This document shows, piece after piece, positions 12,756-24,965 of a stretch of DNA of 49,357 bases. Source of the stretch: Phoronis australis (taxonomy: Eukaryota; Animalia; Phoronida); contig NMRA01000382.1 in assembly GCA_002633005.1 (NCBI GenBank), forward strand, positions 384,899 to 434,255, in the 5' to 3' direction. The position numbers and the translations under genes were made by a program. Positions within the stretch are counted from its first letter, which is position 1. Every line of letters starts with the position of its first letter. Below the pieces are notes generated by a model. It did no database searches, was not told where the DNA came from, and was given only the letters and a program-made list of their open reading frames with translations.

Positions 12756-15303
12756 GTAAGTGTTGGGTTTTTTAATACTAAGGTAATGTATATCAAGAAC
12801 AATCTTCTACATTATTCTCATTGACGGGACATATCGCGGGTTGTTGAAAGTTTTAACGCTCCATTGACGTCTGCTCCTGACTTTCGTGAACGTCAATTCT
12901 AAATAAGATAAAAATAAATGGCTTCAAATTATAGGAAATTTCAACTGCTTCAGATGGCTCACTCCACAATCGAGTTATGATCACGTCATTTCTGTTTCTA
13001 TGATTTGTGTTTTAACCATTCTTTCATGACCGCAAGTGAGACGCACACCATCTCATAAAAATCTCGCATTGCAACATGTAGACATTTTCCACCAAGTAGA
13101 AAAATAAACGTTATTGGGTGTTCGCAAAAGTAAAGCTTTATCAAACTCTCGCACTTCATAGTACTAGTCTCCACCACGTCCGTCACATTCTGGTAATCGC
13201 ACCCTGCCAAACGGATTTTACTACTTGAGAGGCTAGTCTCCGGAGTTATCCCTCGTTTCATCTAAATTTTAAGTTTTCAGACCTTACCGCCTTATGCGCG
13301 TTACGAGTTTGCCGTGTGTTATATATATTTGGGAATAATTGAATTTCACTTTATTAGGGTGTCAAAAATGTACTTCTAAAATCACTGCAGTACACTGTAT
13401 TTGAGGGATATGAAAATGACGTAAGAAAATCCTATAGTTGGCTACGCAATCTGGAGTAATTCAGATACATGTAGAAAAAACATTACCTTCGAACACCGTC
13501 CCGAAAACTTCGATTATAATTTCGTCTAATGCGGAAAGTGAAAGATACATTTAGGCCTAGACTCACTTTGCAAGGTTTCAGTTTGGAAAATTTTAAAAGG
13601 ATGTGTATACGGTACAAAGTTGTCTGAGTCGTTGTTTAAAAATCTTTGTGGAAATTAATGGACGAGTACTGGATGGCTGCCCCCCAGAAGGAAAAAGATC
13701 AAATGATAAAGGCACGATCAGATTGTAAAAAATCGTTTATATAAAAGTCACTCGCTTTTAAGCGTCGGACGATGCAGCTTTAACCCCACGATTTTAGCCT
13801 ATGTACACGTAAGCTTGGTTAGACTCACCTAATTCTTACAAGATTGGTTTTAATGGCCAAAAACTGTTCAAATTAGTCGATTTTCGTAGATTCATAAATG
13901 TGAAAACAAAAATATATAAACCTTTTAATATCTTGGAACTCTCTTGGAAGAGCATGTTTATTTTATCATTACACGACCATCAGAAATATTGCCTTTGTAT
14001 AATACACAGATAGTTTTTTTCAAGGTAAATAAATGCTATTGATATTTTTAAATACAGTCTCACATTTTTGGTCGTTAAGGTTGCAAGTTTTGATTCCGTT
14101 CTGGTTCACATGGACGTGTTCTGCTTTGTCGTGCAAGATGCACTGTTAATTATTTCCCTCGTTACTGGTTGGAAAAGGTAGGGGGCTGCACTTCAAGAAA
14201 GGGCCTCTTCTGAAGGAGTTCCCGTAATGTGAAAGAATTATATACATGTCGTTGAGGAGAGTGCTTGTTAATTGCTAAATCTGGCTTCTATTTGAATGGT
14301 GACTTTCCCAAAGTAAAATATTATTGATTAAAATTTACGAAAACAGAAAGATAGACTATTCATCTCGACACCTTATAAATACAGATAGGCAAAAAAACCA
14401 TAGGTGCCACCAACAGGTCCTTTCAAATGTCTCAGACCCCGGTTTTTGAAATTTATAACTTCCAAAACAACGAACGCGTAGCGTAGCTCTCATGAAGGAA
14501 CTCATTCCGTTAGTTTCACAAAAATTTATACGCATTATACATGCAAGTCGTGTGCAATTTAAAAAAAAACATAGAAAATAGAGCGACATAATTCCACTAT
14601 TCTCTGCACTGTAAGAGTTCCACGAGGAATTGTCGTAGTGGATTTGAAAACATTAATCAATTTGATCTGTAGAATCTGCTCATTCCAAATGTTCTCCTAC
14701 TTCAAGTAAGTGTTTAGAATTACATGTACGTTTTCGTTTGAACAATCTACCTACAATGAAATCAAATGACAAGACTCCATTAATGATCAGAACTCGACCA
14801 CTAGCAATTGACAAACCTGTTCTGCCCTCTACACTGTACATGATTTGCTGCCCTTGGCCTGAGCTCTACACCTATATCAAAGTCCACGGTTCCGTCATGA
14901 CGCTTGCAAGTTATTTAACGACGCAACCGTGTCCTCACACAGGCTGCTACGGGCCTGCTCTCTTGTTAAAGGCGAAGGCAACCCTTTCCCATGTCATTTT
15001 GAGCTAAAATAAGGTTGGTTGGTTATCCTAGACATATTTTCCACTTAATTACAGCTTTTCGTAATTTCATAGATTACTCGTCCGCTACTCCGGAAGTGAC
15101 GTTTTAGGAGGCAAGCGTTTCCCGCCACTTGGTTTTGCGTTGACTTTAACGTGCGAATCTGTTCTATTCTACTTTTGTTTTGTGCTGTTTTTCAACAATT
15201 GTCGCCACCACTTTCCATCGGCGAGTATTCTGCGGCAAGATAGGTTAGTAGAGAACTCAACTACGTTTGATTTGGGGATTGTTTAGTGTGTTGGAAGCTG
15301 AAA

Positions 15304-15699
15304 ATGGCTGGAGTCGGTGACCCGTATCACAGTGACAGTAGTGTGAGTGACGGAGACCTTGTTCACAGCAGTGGTGACGAGGAATTTTTTCACGGACATT
15401 CAGTTGGTGGGTACATGTTTGAGCCCGAGTATAACGAGGCAGAGTACGCACAGGCACAGGCAGCTGTTGAGAGAAACGAGGCGGCTACTGAGGACAGACG
15501 TGGTGACACATCTTGGTGCAAATGCACTGTGTGCGTTGTTATGCCTACCTCAATGGAATGCTTGTGCTGTTCAGAGTTCGACGAGGCCAAGCCACTACTG
15601 GACATGGTTAAGTGGACCTCCGGCATACCACGGACAGAGGAACAACTGTCCCACTTGCCAGAGTGTCCCGCGACACACTCCCACTGGATGGTGACCTGA
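15304..15699 (+). CDS. Truncated KolX-like accessory protein (P2X7 C-terminal 'ballast'/Nanor-like Zn-binding domain)
   Basis: aaaATGg start and an acidic N-terminus, then YMFEP and R.GDTSWCKCTVCVVMPTSMECLCCSE. This is the YxFEP / WCxCxxCxxM...ExxCCxE motif known from KolX and the P2X7 intracellular domain. Homology ends near 15606. Confidence 0.8.
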   Translation: MAGVGDPYHSDSSVSDGDLVHSSGDEEFFHGHSVGGYMFEPEYNEAEYAQAQAAVERNEAATEDRRGDTSWCKCTVCVVMPTSMECLCCSEFDEAKPLLDMVKWTSGIPRTEEQLSHLPECPATHSHWMVT

Positions 15700-16397
15700 G
15701 CACCCAAACTGCTTACATCGTGTCGTGTGACTCCCTCGCCACACACCTGGCACCTTCTAAATAGCTCCAACACTTTAGACAAGTCCACAATAAACTTATC
15801 AAAGTTTGGCTCACCGATCTGTTCACTGGACGACGAACTGTCCTCTTCACTGGGTGTCGAACTGGGCCTGTAATCACTCCCACTACTCAATATCGCTGCA
15901 GGGCTGCTTAGAGGCTCTGGGCTGGAGAAAACAGCACAGGGCGAATCACTACTGGTTCCAGGAATTGCACGCTCTGGGGTACGTTCGGAGGCACGGGTGA
16001 CAGTAGATGAAGTGCCTCCACTGGCTCCAGTCACTGTACTGGCCACAGCTCGCGAGGCTTCTCGCTTCAAATACGCAATTCTCAGGGGTGGCGACGGGGC
16101 ACTGCCGGGAATCAACACAGACGGAATGGCAACCTTCTTCAGACGTTGTTTCGCAGGGACCTTCATCAGTTCAGTGTACAAATCCCTTTCGTAATCGGAC
16201 GGCAGAAAGTGCTTGCCACACACACGGTAATTCTCCACTGCTTTGTACGTTGCGTGGACGGGTAACGCTGCGTTCTTCACACGAACGAGCCAAGAACGGC
16301 GAAGTGTGTCATCCATCGGAAAGCAATGCAAAGGTACTCCCAAAGCGCGCGTGAGCTGATAATTAGTACATCCTGGTACGCACCAACAGTGTGGCAT
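15390..16397 (-). CDS. Truncated Kolobok transposase: THAP domain, Ser/Pro-rich linker and CxxC..C..GH..W region, with no DDE catalytic domain
   Basis: MPHCWCVPGC...LHCFP...W...RVCGKHF...RLKKVAIPS is a complete C2CH THAP signature. FIVDLSKVLELFRRCQVC...G...WECVAGH..KWDS resembles the conserved pre-catalytic block of Kolobok transposases. The sequence after ~15610 is antisense read-through of the other ORF. Confidence 0.8.
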   Translation of the reverse strand: MPHCWCVPGCTNYQLTRALGVPLHCFPMDDTLRRSWLVRVKNAALPVHATYKAVENYRVCGKHFLPSDYERDLYTELMKVPAKQRLKKVAIPSVLIPGSAPSPPLRIAYLKREASRAVASTVTGASGGTSSTVTRASERTPERAIPGTSSDSPCAVFSSPEPLSSPAAILSSGSDYRPSSTPSEEDSSSSSEQIGEPNFDKFIVDLSKVLELFRRCQVCGEGVTRHDVSSLGAQVTIQWECVAGHSGKWDSCSSVRGMPEVHLTMSSSGLASSNSEQHKHSIEVGITTHTVHLHQDVSPRLSSVAASFLSTAACACAYSASLYSGSNMYPPTECP

Positions 16398-17221
16398 GTT
16401 GTCTGACTAGTAAATGAAAGCAAACGACGACGGAACTTAACACAACCGAGGTAGAACAATGACTGACTCGACAGCTCTCACACTCAGACTATATGAAAAG
16501 AAATTGGCGCGAAATGCTTGCCTCCTAAAACGTCACTTCCGGAGTGGCGGACGAGTAATTAATAAAATTACGAAATGCTGTAATTAAGTTGAAAATATGT
16601 CTAGGATAACCAACCAACCTTATTTTAGCTCAAAATGACATGGAAAAAGGTTGCCTTCGCCTTTAAGCTTACTGTCAACTTATCGAGGCGAAGGAACGAA
16701 GTTAGTGCACGCATTTTTTTCCTTGCTGTCATATCGCATTGTTAAATGTATGGCGTTAAAGCTTTCATCAACAAAGACGTCTCACAATTCATTGCGCACA
16801 TTATTTTCCGTTCCTTCCGTAAAGTCAAAGCTGTAGGAAGTTAGAGCGTAAAGTAATGTATCTCAGTGAGGTCATTATATTGACTGTGGTAAGCTAAATC
16901 GAGACATTTCTCTCTAGGTTACCTGGACCTCGATTTTTAATGAGACAACATTCTTTATCTTGAAGGAAATGAATCCATTCTGTCAACGCTTGAAACTGAA
17001 CCTATTGGTTTATCACGACTTCATGTTTTCTTACATACTCTCGTCGTCGAGAAATTAATATAATTTTGATTTTATTTTGCGAATACAAACACCTGGCTAC
17101 ACTGCTCTTAATACACTGTATATCACTTCACTCTGTATCGTGCAGCTGCAGTGTTGATGAAAATCGTTTTTTGAAGTCTTCATTGCTGAACAGCTGTGGT
17201 TGTTTAATTTTTGTTCTTTAG

Positions 17222-17524
17222 GTGCACTTGTATATACAAGATAGGCAATAGGCAAGGCTTCGTCACCAACGTGGAGAACAGCATGAACCCTACAACTGCA
17301 TGTAGAGATTTACAATTTCGATGCCCAAGTCAGTGCAGATATAGCGCAATTGAGTATTTGAAGCTCACCACCGATGACGGAAAAAACCAAGTGTGTCAAC
17401 TTTACATAGGTCCAAGGACAACAGATGTGGTTGTTTATTCCGGTTCTATTGTGAATGGCTGTCAATTAGGTGTCGCAAAGTATGTAGCCGCAGTGGGAAA
17501 TGGGATTATATGCTGCTACAGGCC
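17222..17524 (+). CDS. Domain exon D1 (CxC type, 9 Cys)
   Basis: ttgttctttAG acceptor, GTAAGT donor, 303 nt, phase 2-2. CTC...TAC...RCPSQC...QVC...NGC...ICCYR(P). Confidence 0.88.
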
Positions 17525-19200
17525 GTAAGTATTATTATATGTTTTAGTAGTGCTACAAAGTACAACTTGTAACATAACCTTGGTATAGCAAAATTACGTT
17601 GGGCTAGGCGACTGTTTCTGATGTTGTCATTAACCTTGTCTAGTTCATCCTTACCGTAAGTACATGTGGAGTTTTGCAAATCCCGCACATGTGATGAATA
17701 CACCAAAAGTCTTGTTCAGGTGTATCAAAAATAAAATTTTCTTCATTCCAATATATAAAAGAATTTTGTAGTGTACTGAAAAAGCTGAATACCCCAATCA
17801 TGTTCTGTCGACAATGGCATGACTGTTTTGCTACGTATCCACTAAATGATGTCAATGTGCATTATAATTTTGTGCACTAGCTACGTGTCTAAAACTTGAC
17901 CTAACTGTGAACCTGCCAACAATGCATAAACAAGCAAAATGAATATTGATTTCAGACATACACTGTAGTCGCGACCTGATAAATATTCCCCTGGCTTGAT
18001 CTAGGGCTCTTGTCGTTACACGTGTAGTGATGAAACAGGGATCGTATTTCGTGCGAGGCCCTACGTGTACGCTTTGCTTATTTGGGTCAGTGAATTCCCC
18101 CACTTTCCAAAAACAGTGAATCGTACCTGCAAGAACGAGATGTGGCCCCTAATTCAGTTGCCCAGAACCCCATTCCGTAGCTTCATTTAGCTGAACGAAT
18201 GATCCGGTACTGCATACAGTACTCAACGTAGATTAATAATAACCAATACATTAAAACGCTAATTTCGGAGCCGGATGTTGAGTGGGCAACTGCCAATCAA
18301 CTCCGTCGCACAGACACTTCCCGGGAGCGGCCGCGAGGACACCCACCCTCGCCCGACGCCTTTTAGTCCAATTGATCCCTCGATGGAAAAGCACCTGGTT
18401 CTGTGGCCGCAAATCCCCTGAGTGTTTTTTTTTATTTTTTTTTTATTTTTTTTTCTTTGTCTTAATTAGTCGTGGCCTAGCTCGGTCGATGCAGCGTACG
18501 TGCTACTTTTTTGAAGTCAAACACAATTCGGATGTATCCGCCCGCAGCCTGCATTTTCCATTTACGCCTATTAGGTCGCATGCTAAAATATTCGGAGGCC
18601 AGAGAATTAAAAAAAAAACTTTGTCAACGTTGAATAATTTTCTGAAATTCGATTAAAGCTAAGGGGCGGCCTCAGTCGGTATTTTATGCGTAGGCGTAAT
18701 CTGTGGGCTGCGGTTATGAGTTTCACTAAACCCTGTTCTATTCATGAATTGCACACTCTCAGCCATTGCCCCAACAATATAGTAACGGTTACTAGGAAAC
18801 CCGCTAGGTATTTTTCTTAACTAATGATGTCTGCGTAATCGTCAGGCTGTTCGGCCTACATGTATGTTGAGAGCAATATCACCTCGCTTAGTGTGTCTCG
18901 AAGTGCCCAAACGTCAAACCGTGCAGCATAATGGGTGGTATTCATTGTTTTGATCGGGCAGGTTCTAAAATGGAAAGACTTAAATTTAAAATATGTACAG
19001 GCAATAAGTAGACCTATGTCACACTCACAAAAAGTTCTGTCAGAGAGTATATTTCGTTGGTTTTGGTGCAATTGCGGCTTATAGGCCCCTATGATTTGAG
19101 AGCAAATACAACATTTTAGATTAAAACGCCGAGGAATTTAAAATACATTTTAGGTGAACATTTGCTGAATCATTTAAACGAATTTCCACTCTTTTTTCAG

Positions 19201-19524
19201 TTGCCGTGCATGCCAACTGCATTACAGACTAGGGAGTCGGGGCACTCTTAAATATCTCGACAAAAATTGGAAACCACACGTACCAAACAAGGAGCCCTAC
19301 TATCCTTGCATGAGTCCTCACGAATTGACGAATGCCTGTTTCGCCGATTGCAAGAACGCAATGTCTGCCGAAGAAATTCCAAAAGACGTCACTTCGTTAA
19401 CAGCTCAAAAATTTTGCAACATCGTAAAGAGCCAAATTGCATATCCTGGTGCGACATTTCTTGTCTCATTTTCCGCCCCACACAATAGTGCTCTCGAGTT
19501 GTCAGGTCTGCCGATCTGTTGTGG
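19201..19524 (+). CDS. Domain exon D2 (CxxC type, 8 Cys)
   Basis: cttttttcAG acceptor, GTAAGA donor, 324 nt, phase 2-2. CRACQLHYRLGSRGTLKYLDKNWKPHVPNKEPYYPCMSPHELTNACFADC...KFC...ICC(G). The ORF track shows only the part from 19310. Confidence 0.88.
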
Positions 19525-20372
19525 GTAAGAGAACCAGAAAGAACGTACGCGAAGGCAGTGCTTGAGCTTTCTTTCACGTCATTCATGTACATGTATGCGA
19601 ATGCATGCATGTAAATACTGAATCTACAGACTCCTAAAAACATTTACATGTACATGTACCAGTGTTCTTGGGTGGGGAACTAATTTTTTACAAGAAATAG
19701 AACTTAAACGTTTCTTCTCAACCGCGGCATGAATTCAAGATAATGTACATGTACATGTACATGTAAGTGTCTACTATTCTGTGTATATTGTTGTTTACGT
19801 GGATGACAGTGTAATTTTCGTTTGCACTTGGTGAACCCGGCGTCAATGTCGTAATTTGAAGTTTTTACTCGAAATCTCGAATTTTCACTGAAGTTTGTAG
19901 TTTGAATTTAGAGGCCTTTAATAGTGAATTAGGATTACACACTGATTGGAATAATTCATAATAGAGTAAGCGATTATTATATGAAGTTCGTATTAAACGA
20001 GAACAGTAAACGCAAATGTATATTTGAGTTCAGCTTCGAGTAAACATGTCAGATCTCAGGCCCTGATGTACCCACGTTCTCTCAATTTGAAAACTCGCAT
20101 TCACAAATATATTATCATTGAAATAAGATAGTATTTGCTAGCATTAAAATTGCAAATTCATTTTTCGCGAGTTGAGTTATTGTCAAGATGAAATGTGTGT
20201 TAACTTCGGTAAGATACTATTTTGAGGGTTCAAGTTGAAAAAATGGATTTATGTCCATTTTTCCACAAGGCATGGCTCTCGTTGTTGACCGGGATCTAGG
20301 ATGTAGTTTTTAGCATTATGATAAACCCAGCACTGTTTCTCTCAGCGTATTTTAAGAGTCCTCAATTTTCAG

Positions 20373-20690
20373 GTGCATATGTGATTTAGAGGCAGTTGTC
20401 AATGGACGGTCTACGAGTTTGCCGGTTCGACTCCATCAGTCGAAAGAAAGAACAACCTTCGACTGCGCTAAGCAGTCTGACCAGTGTAAGGACTACTGTC
20501 GTTCAGTGATCGCATCGGCGCTGAACGTCAATAAAGCAAAGTTCTCATCCTTTGACCAAGCATCCGGAAACAAAGTCTGCGGGGTTCTGGGTGAGCACAA
20601 TTCTACCAACTCCCCGGGACATGTCGTGTATTCCAGCTACAACTACGGGAGTGGATTGAAGAAAGACTATCGAGGGGCAGTTTGTTGTGG
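20373..20690 (+). CDS. Domain exon D3 (CxC type, 8 Cys)
   Basis: aattttcAG acceptor, GTATGT donor, 318 nt, phase 2-2. CICDLEAVVNG...FDCAKQSDQCKDYC...KVC...VCC(G). Confidence 0.9.
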
Positions 20691-21039
20691 GTATGTACAT
20701 GTAGCGATTTCAAGATGGTTCGTTAATATGATAATTATGTAAACATTTATCGTAGTTCTGTGTATCTGTCACATCCTCGAGAGGTAAGACGGGCGGCAAT
20801 ACGGAAGGGAATAGTGGGTGAGACACAGCTGCAGTGAGAGAGAAGTATTAGAACCGCCAGGGATCTTAGAGGGAAATGATGGGGGTGGAAAAGTGGACGA
20901 GCGGATGCAAGACGAAAAAGGGAGATGAAAACAATTCACGTTTATTTGGGCGATGACCCAAATTGTGCACTTGTGAAAAATGTAAGTGGGCTAAACTAAC
21001 TACACCTTTGGGTTTCAACTGCTAATTGACTTTTCATAG

Positions 21040-21357
21040 GTGCACGTGTAATCTGAAAGCCTCTATTTCTTCGGGAAAGCTGGTGGATGTTCAACTTCCC
21101 TTAAAGCAATCTTCGAAAACCAAGTTTTACATGTGTCAAAAACAAAAACATGAATGCGCCAACGACTGCAGACGAGCTATTGGTGCAATTCTCAACAAAG
21201 ATAGAAAATCATTTGGAAACTTTGATGCCAACTCCAGAAGGAAAATTTGTGATCTTGTTTGGAAAAAGAATATCATTGCCGCTGGGATTTCAGTTTACTC
21301 ACAATACAAGTTCGGAAAGACCACTGAATTGGATCCATTAGGAATCGTCTGTTGCGG
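21040..21357 (+). CDS. Domain exon D4 (CxC type, 8 Cys, strongly basic)
   Basis: Branch-like ctaat plus ttttcatAG acceptor, GTAAGA donor, 318 nt, phase 2-2. CTCNLKA...YMCQKQKHECANDC...KIC...VCC(G). Confidence 0.9.
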
Positions 21358-22176
21358 GTAAGATCTTGTGTTTACGTTTTAAGAAACATAATTATGTCAT
21401 AATCTTGCACTATCTAATCAAAATTTTGCAAGCGCAGTAATGTTCTTAAAGTGTTATATCCGAATATTGGCATAGCTTTCATTTCGAGTTGAAAATGATG
21501 GGCTTGCCCGAAATTCACATTGTCAGAATTAAGTGAAGCGACACTTTAAATGTGTGTGCTCAGTTTGTGAATTTGTTTATATGCCTTGATACAGGCATCA
21601 GCCAACGCTGAGACACGCAAAAAGCGAGAAAAGGTATAGATTTGTGAACGTACCGTGATCCAGACTATGTAACACTCACTACTCTTGTGGTGTCGTATTA
21701 ACCTGTTCGGGTGCACGCCTTAAAAATGCCAATCTGTCGATCAAACCATACATGTAAGGTATGTTTAAACCAGTCATAACAGCGTTCTGGTATTAAGAAT
21801 CATTTACTACCAATACAGGCGCTACGATAGCAACGTCATCGTGTTCTTATGTTTTGTTTGAATTGAAGTTGGTAATCAAGGTAAGTCGCCTAAAGCCGTA
21901 CTTTCTGGACGACTGAAGCTAACCCGCCGTATATGTACACATGGCAAACAAACAACGGGCATGATTTGAACACAAGTCCCCTAAAACCCACACTCATCAA
22001 TGAGCCTTTCATTGACTTCGATGGAAAATGTCCATTGCTTAAGTGCTAGGCTGACTGAAGACATTACCGTGTAGCTTAAGGTGTATAGCTTCTTTGATAT
22101 TTTATAATCCAACCTGTTTTACTATAGAGTATTGGGATACTATCCTAGTAAATTTTGTCCTGATTTGGTCACAAAA

Positions 22177-22337
22177 CAGGGGCGGATCCAGGATTTTGAG
22201 TTAGGGGGGCCACGTCTGAGTAGTAGCCATGATTTTTCTCGTCAGACGTTCGAGCCCCTGAACTTCCAAATGGATCTAGGAGAATTTTAGGGGGGCATGG
22301 CCCCCTTGCCACCCCCGCCCCTCTAAATCCGACACTG
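22177..22337 (+). mobile_element. Short hAT-like MITE (CAGgGGCGGAT family)
   Basis: Termini CAGGGGCGGAT ... ATCCGACACTG; flanks caaaa / cataa. Both ends are shared in inverted orientation with 25628-25898. Confidence 0.75.
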
Positions 22338-24629
22338 CATAAGTTCTTCTATCTCTGATTAGATCGCTATTGCCTAATCTACTTGTTCATGTACAGAATG
22401 TCTTGTGTTTAGCAATCTTGGTTGCCAGTGGTCTTAGCAATTCACCGACGGTACAGTGTACATGTATGTAGGGTTCATCACATTACCTACTTGTAGTACA
22501 GTGAATGCTGGCGGGTAAGAAGGCAATAGCAGAGCATACTGAGGTCAAAACAACAGACCCTCCGGTGGAATAACATCCAGATGCTAGAGGGTAAAACAGG
22601 TTGACTAAAACATTGAGTGTTACGCAGTGTTTACTATATCACATAAAAATCGCCGCAGAAGTGAAAAAGCAAAGCGACATACCAATATATATACATAGGT
22701 TAGAGGTTGATGTAACCAGACAAAAAAATTAAACACGGGTTAAAATTGTAGCTTCATATTTACCCCATTTTAGTCACTTGAGATTTGGCCACCGGTCGTT
22801 TAATTGTCGTTTTAACCGACGTTTTGCTGAGTCAGCACGCAGGTATCAGACAGTAGGATATGTTTTATCATTGGTTGGTGTAGCCTCGGCAGCCATTGTT
22901 TAGCTTTACAACAAAGTGAGAAAATGGCAGACTAACAAATGGTTTTTAGCCTTGTCACACGCCGTCACCTGGTCGGTTTAACTAGTGTGTTATTCCTACT
23001 GTATGAATAAGGACAGCAACATAAACAAGTCAGTGACAGTAGAAAGATGCATTCCGAAAAGGTGCAACCACAATTTTCCGGAGATCACATTTTTCAACAC
23101 GAATTTTAAACAGTTACACACCATGGATTTTTGCACATTTTGAATTACCGGTGGCCATAGACTAAATGTATGAGGGAAAATTTAGGTACACCCATGTTTA
23201 TTTTGTGTAATTAGCTCGAAATTTTGATTTTTCTTTCAATTTTGCCAATTTTCACATTTGCCGCCATGTGACGTCTTGGGTGGAACACAAGAGGTCTGTG
23301 ACTAGTATTGAACACTGGCGGAGAGCAGGGAACTTGAAAGTGACGACGATTATGAGCAAGAATTGAACGAATACTATGAAGAAACGTACGGGAATGGTGG
23401 CCAGGATGAGGAAATGGGGTTGCACGAAAGCGAGAACAAGTTTAATGTGCTTCTGGCTGCGTACTTTTCTACTTTGAGCCTTACGAACTGGATCCTCCCG
23501 CGAGAGAAGCGGCCTCTGGCTCAGCGAGTCAACCCAGTCATCACAGACGATCCTGAATTAAGAGCTGATGTTTTGAATGATAAATATTGCCCTTTATTGA
23601 ACCAGGCCTTCATCGTAACGTCTCCTGTGACTGGAGTCGAGACACGAGTCCTCAAAGTGGGCAGAACACAGAGTCGGTGGCCCCGGACCGAATCGCTTGG
23701 TCCACGATGACGTCCCACACTCTCGTTCGGCGCACGAAGCGATGCCACTTCTGCACAACTTTGGTGTCCTTTGGAACACCGAGACGTTCTCCGCCTGGCT
23801 GCTGTTGCTGCAGCCTCCGGAAACACATCGTTTGATCCCTCTACGAACCTTCTCGACGCTAAATGTACTTTGCTTTCACTTCACTCTATACATGTACACT
23901 TTGTCTCTGATCCGAACAGTATGGCGAACGACTTGGGTTCAACCCATGACGTTGTATGTAATTACTATTTTTTTCAATTTTTGGGTGTTTCTTTATGAGC
24001 TGTGCACTAAAGGAACTTAAATCAAGTAAGATATAATTGTAAAATTTATTTTGAGGTACAAGAGTCATGCTGTGTACACTTTAAGCACCGATTTTTCTGT
24101 AAAACAGACCATATTTACATGTACACTTCCTCCATCAGTCATGCCAGTTTGTTTGTGTAAAGCGCTGCCTATTGAGAATTCGACCAGCCAATCAGAAACG
24201 TCGGTGTAACAAAATTCCCGAGAAAAATTAAGTGATACCCATTGAGATAAATATATCTAGAGTTGACATCACGTGGTTTTCGTTGAGCGGAGTGATCCGC
24301 CATCTTGCTGAATCGATGTCCCGAGACAATTAGTTGGGATATCGAGATCTTGAGATACTATAATCGGGATATCGAGATTCCGTGATTATTAAAAAGAAAC
24401 GTGCGACGTCATCTTTGACCACCGTATACAGTGCATGTACTTTCATGCAAAAGTGGAAAATTTTAAGAATAATTCCTTCCAACTTTTTGGTGGAGAGTGG
24501 ATGAAGTAGAGTATCCATCAGCTGCTCAGGAATCCTATGAATCCACTTCCAAGTTATAGTCCAGCCTTAGCCAAATTTAGTAATTTTTCTGGGTTGACAT
24601 CTCTGATTCCAAGTGTTTATTTTCACCAG

Positions 24630-24965
24630 GAAATGCCTTGCGTGTGGTGTACGGTACACTCAAAATGCCAACGATATTGTCGCAAAGGAGTACAAGTTGG
24701 ACGGCCCAAATGATACTTCTCCATATTATGACTGTTCACAGCGTTTAACGACCAAATGCGGAAAAGATTGTAATGCCACTCTGACAGCCGCAAGCAACAA
24801 TAATTACTTTGGAAGAAACTCCGTAGATTCCGTTTCAGCTCAAAAAGTATGTGATAACATTGGACGACCTATACCCACCCCTGGATTGCGTGTCGAAGTG
24901 ACATATGACATAGGCGACAATCACCATCACCATTTTGTGGTGCCAGGTGGAAGTGTTTGTTGTGG
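24630..24965 (+). CDS. Domain exon D5 (CxxC type, 8 Cys)
   Basis: ttttcaccAG acceptor, GTAAGC donor, 336 nt, phase 2-2. KCLAC...YDC...KCGKDC...KVC...DNHHHHF...VCC(G). Confidence 0.9.

Larger units (their letters stand above)
14970..16662 (-). mobile_element. Internally deleted Kolobok transposon with ~160-bp TIRs, in intron 1 of the cysteine-rich gene
   Basis: TTAA at 14966-14969 and 16663-16666. Near-identical long TIRs (14970-~15130 and ~16502-16662) begin AGGCGAAGGCAACC. It carries convergent THAP-transposase and KolX-like ORFs. Confidence 0.92.

Noticed and set aside
14138-14177. 40-nt linker exon (DALLIISLVTGWKR) joining an earlier phase-1 donor at 12737 to D1
   Set aside because: Weak AAG acceptor and GTAGGG donor. 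It is unnecessary because the perfect GTAAGT donor at 12756 already gives phase 2.
21595-21633. 39-nt micro-exon that could read ASANAETRKKREK (furin-like site)
   Set aside because: That reading needs phase 0 whereas the neighbouring exons are phase 2, the GTATAG donor is weak, and there is no counterpart after the paralogous exon D6.
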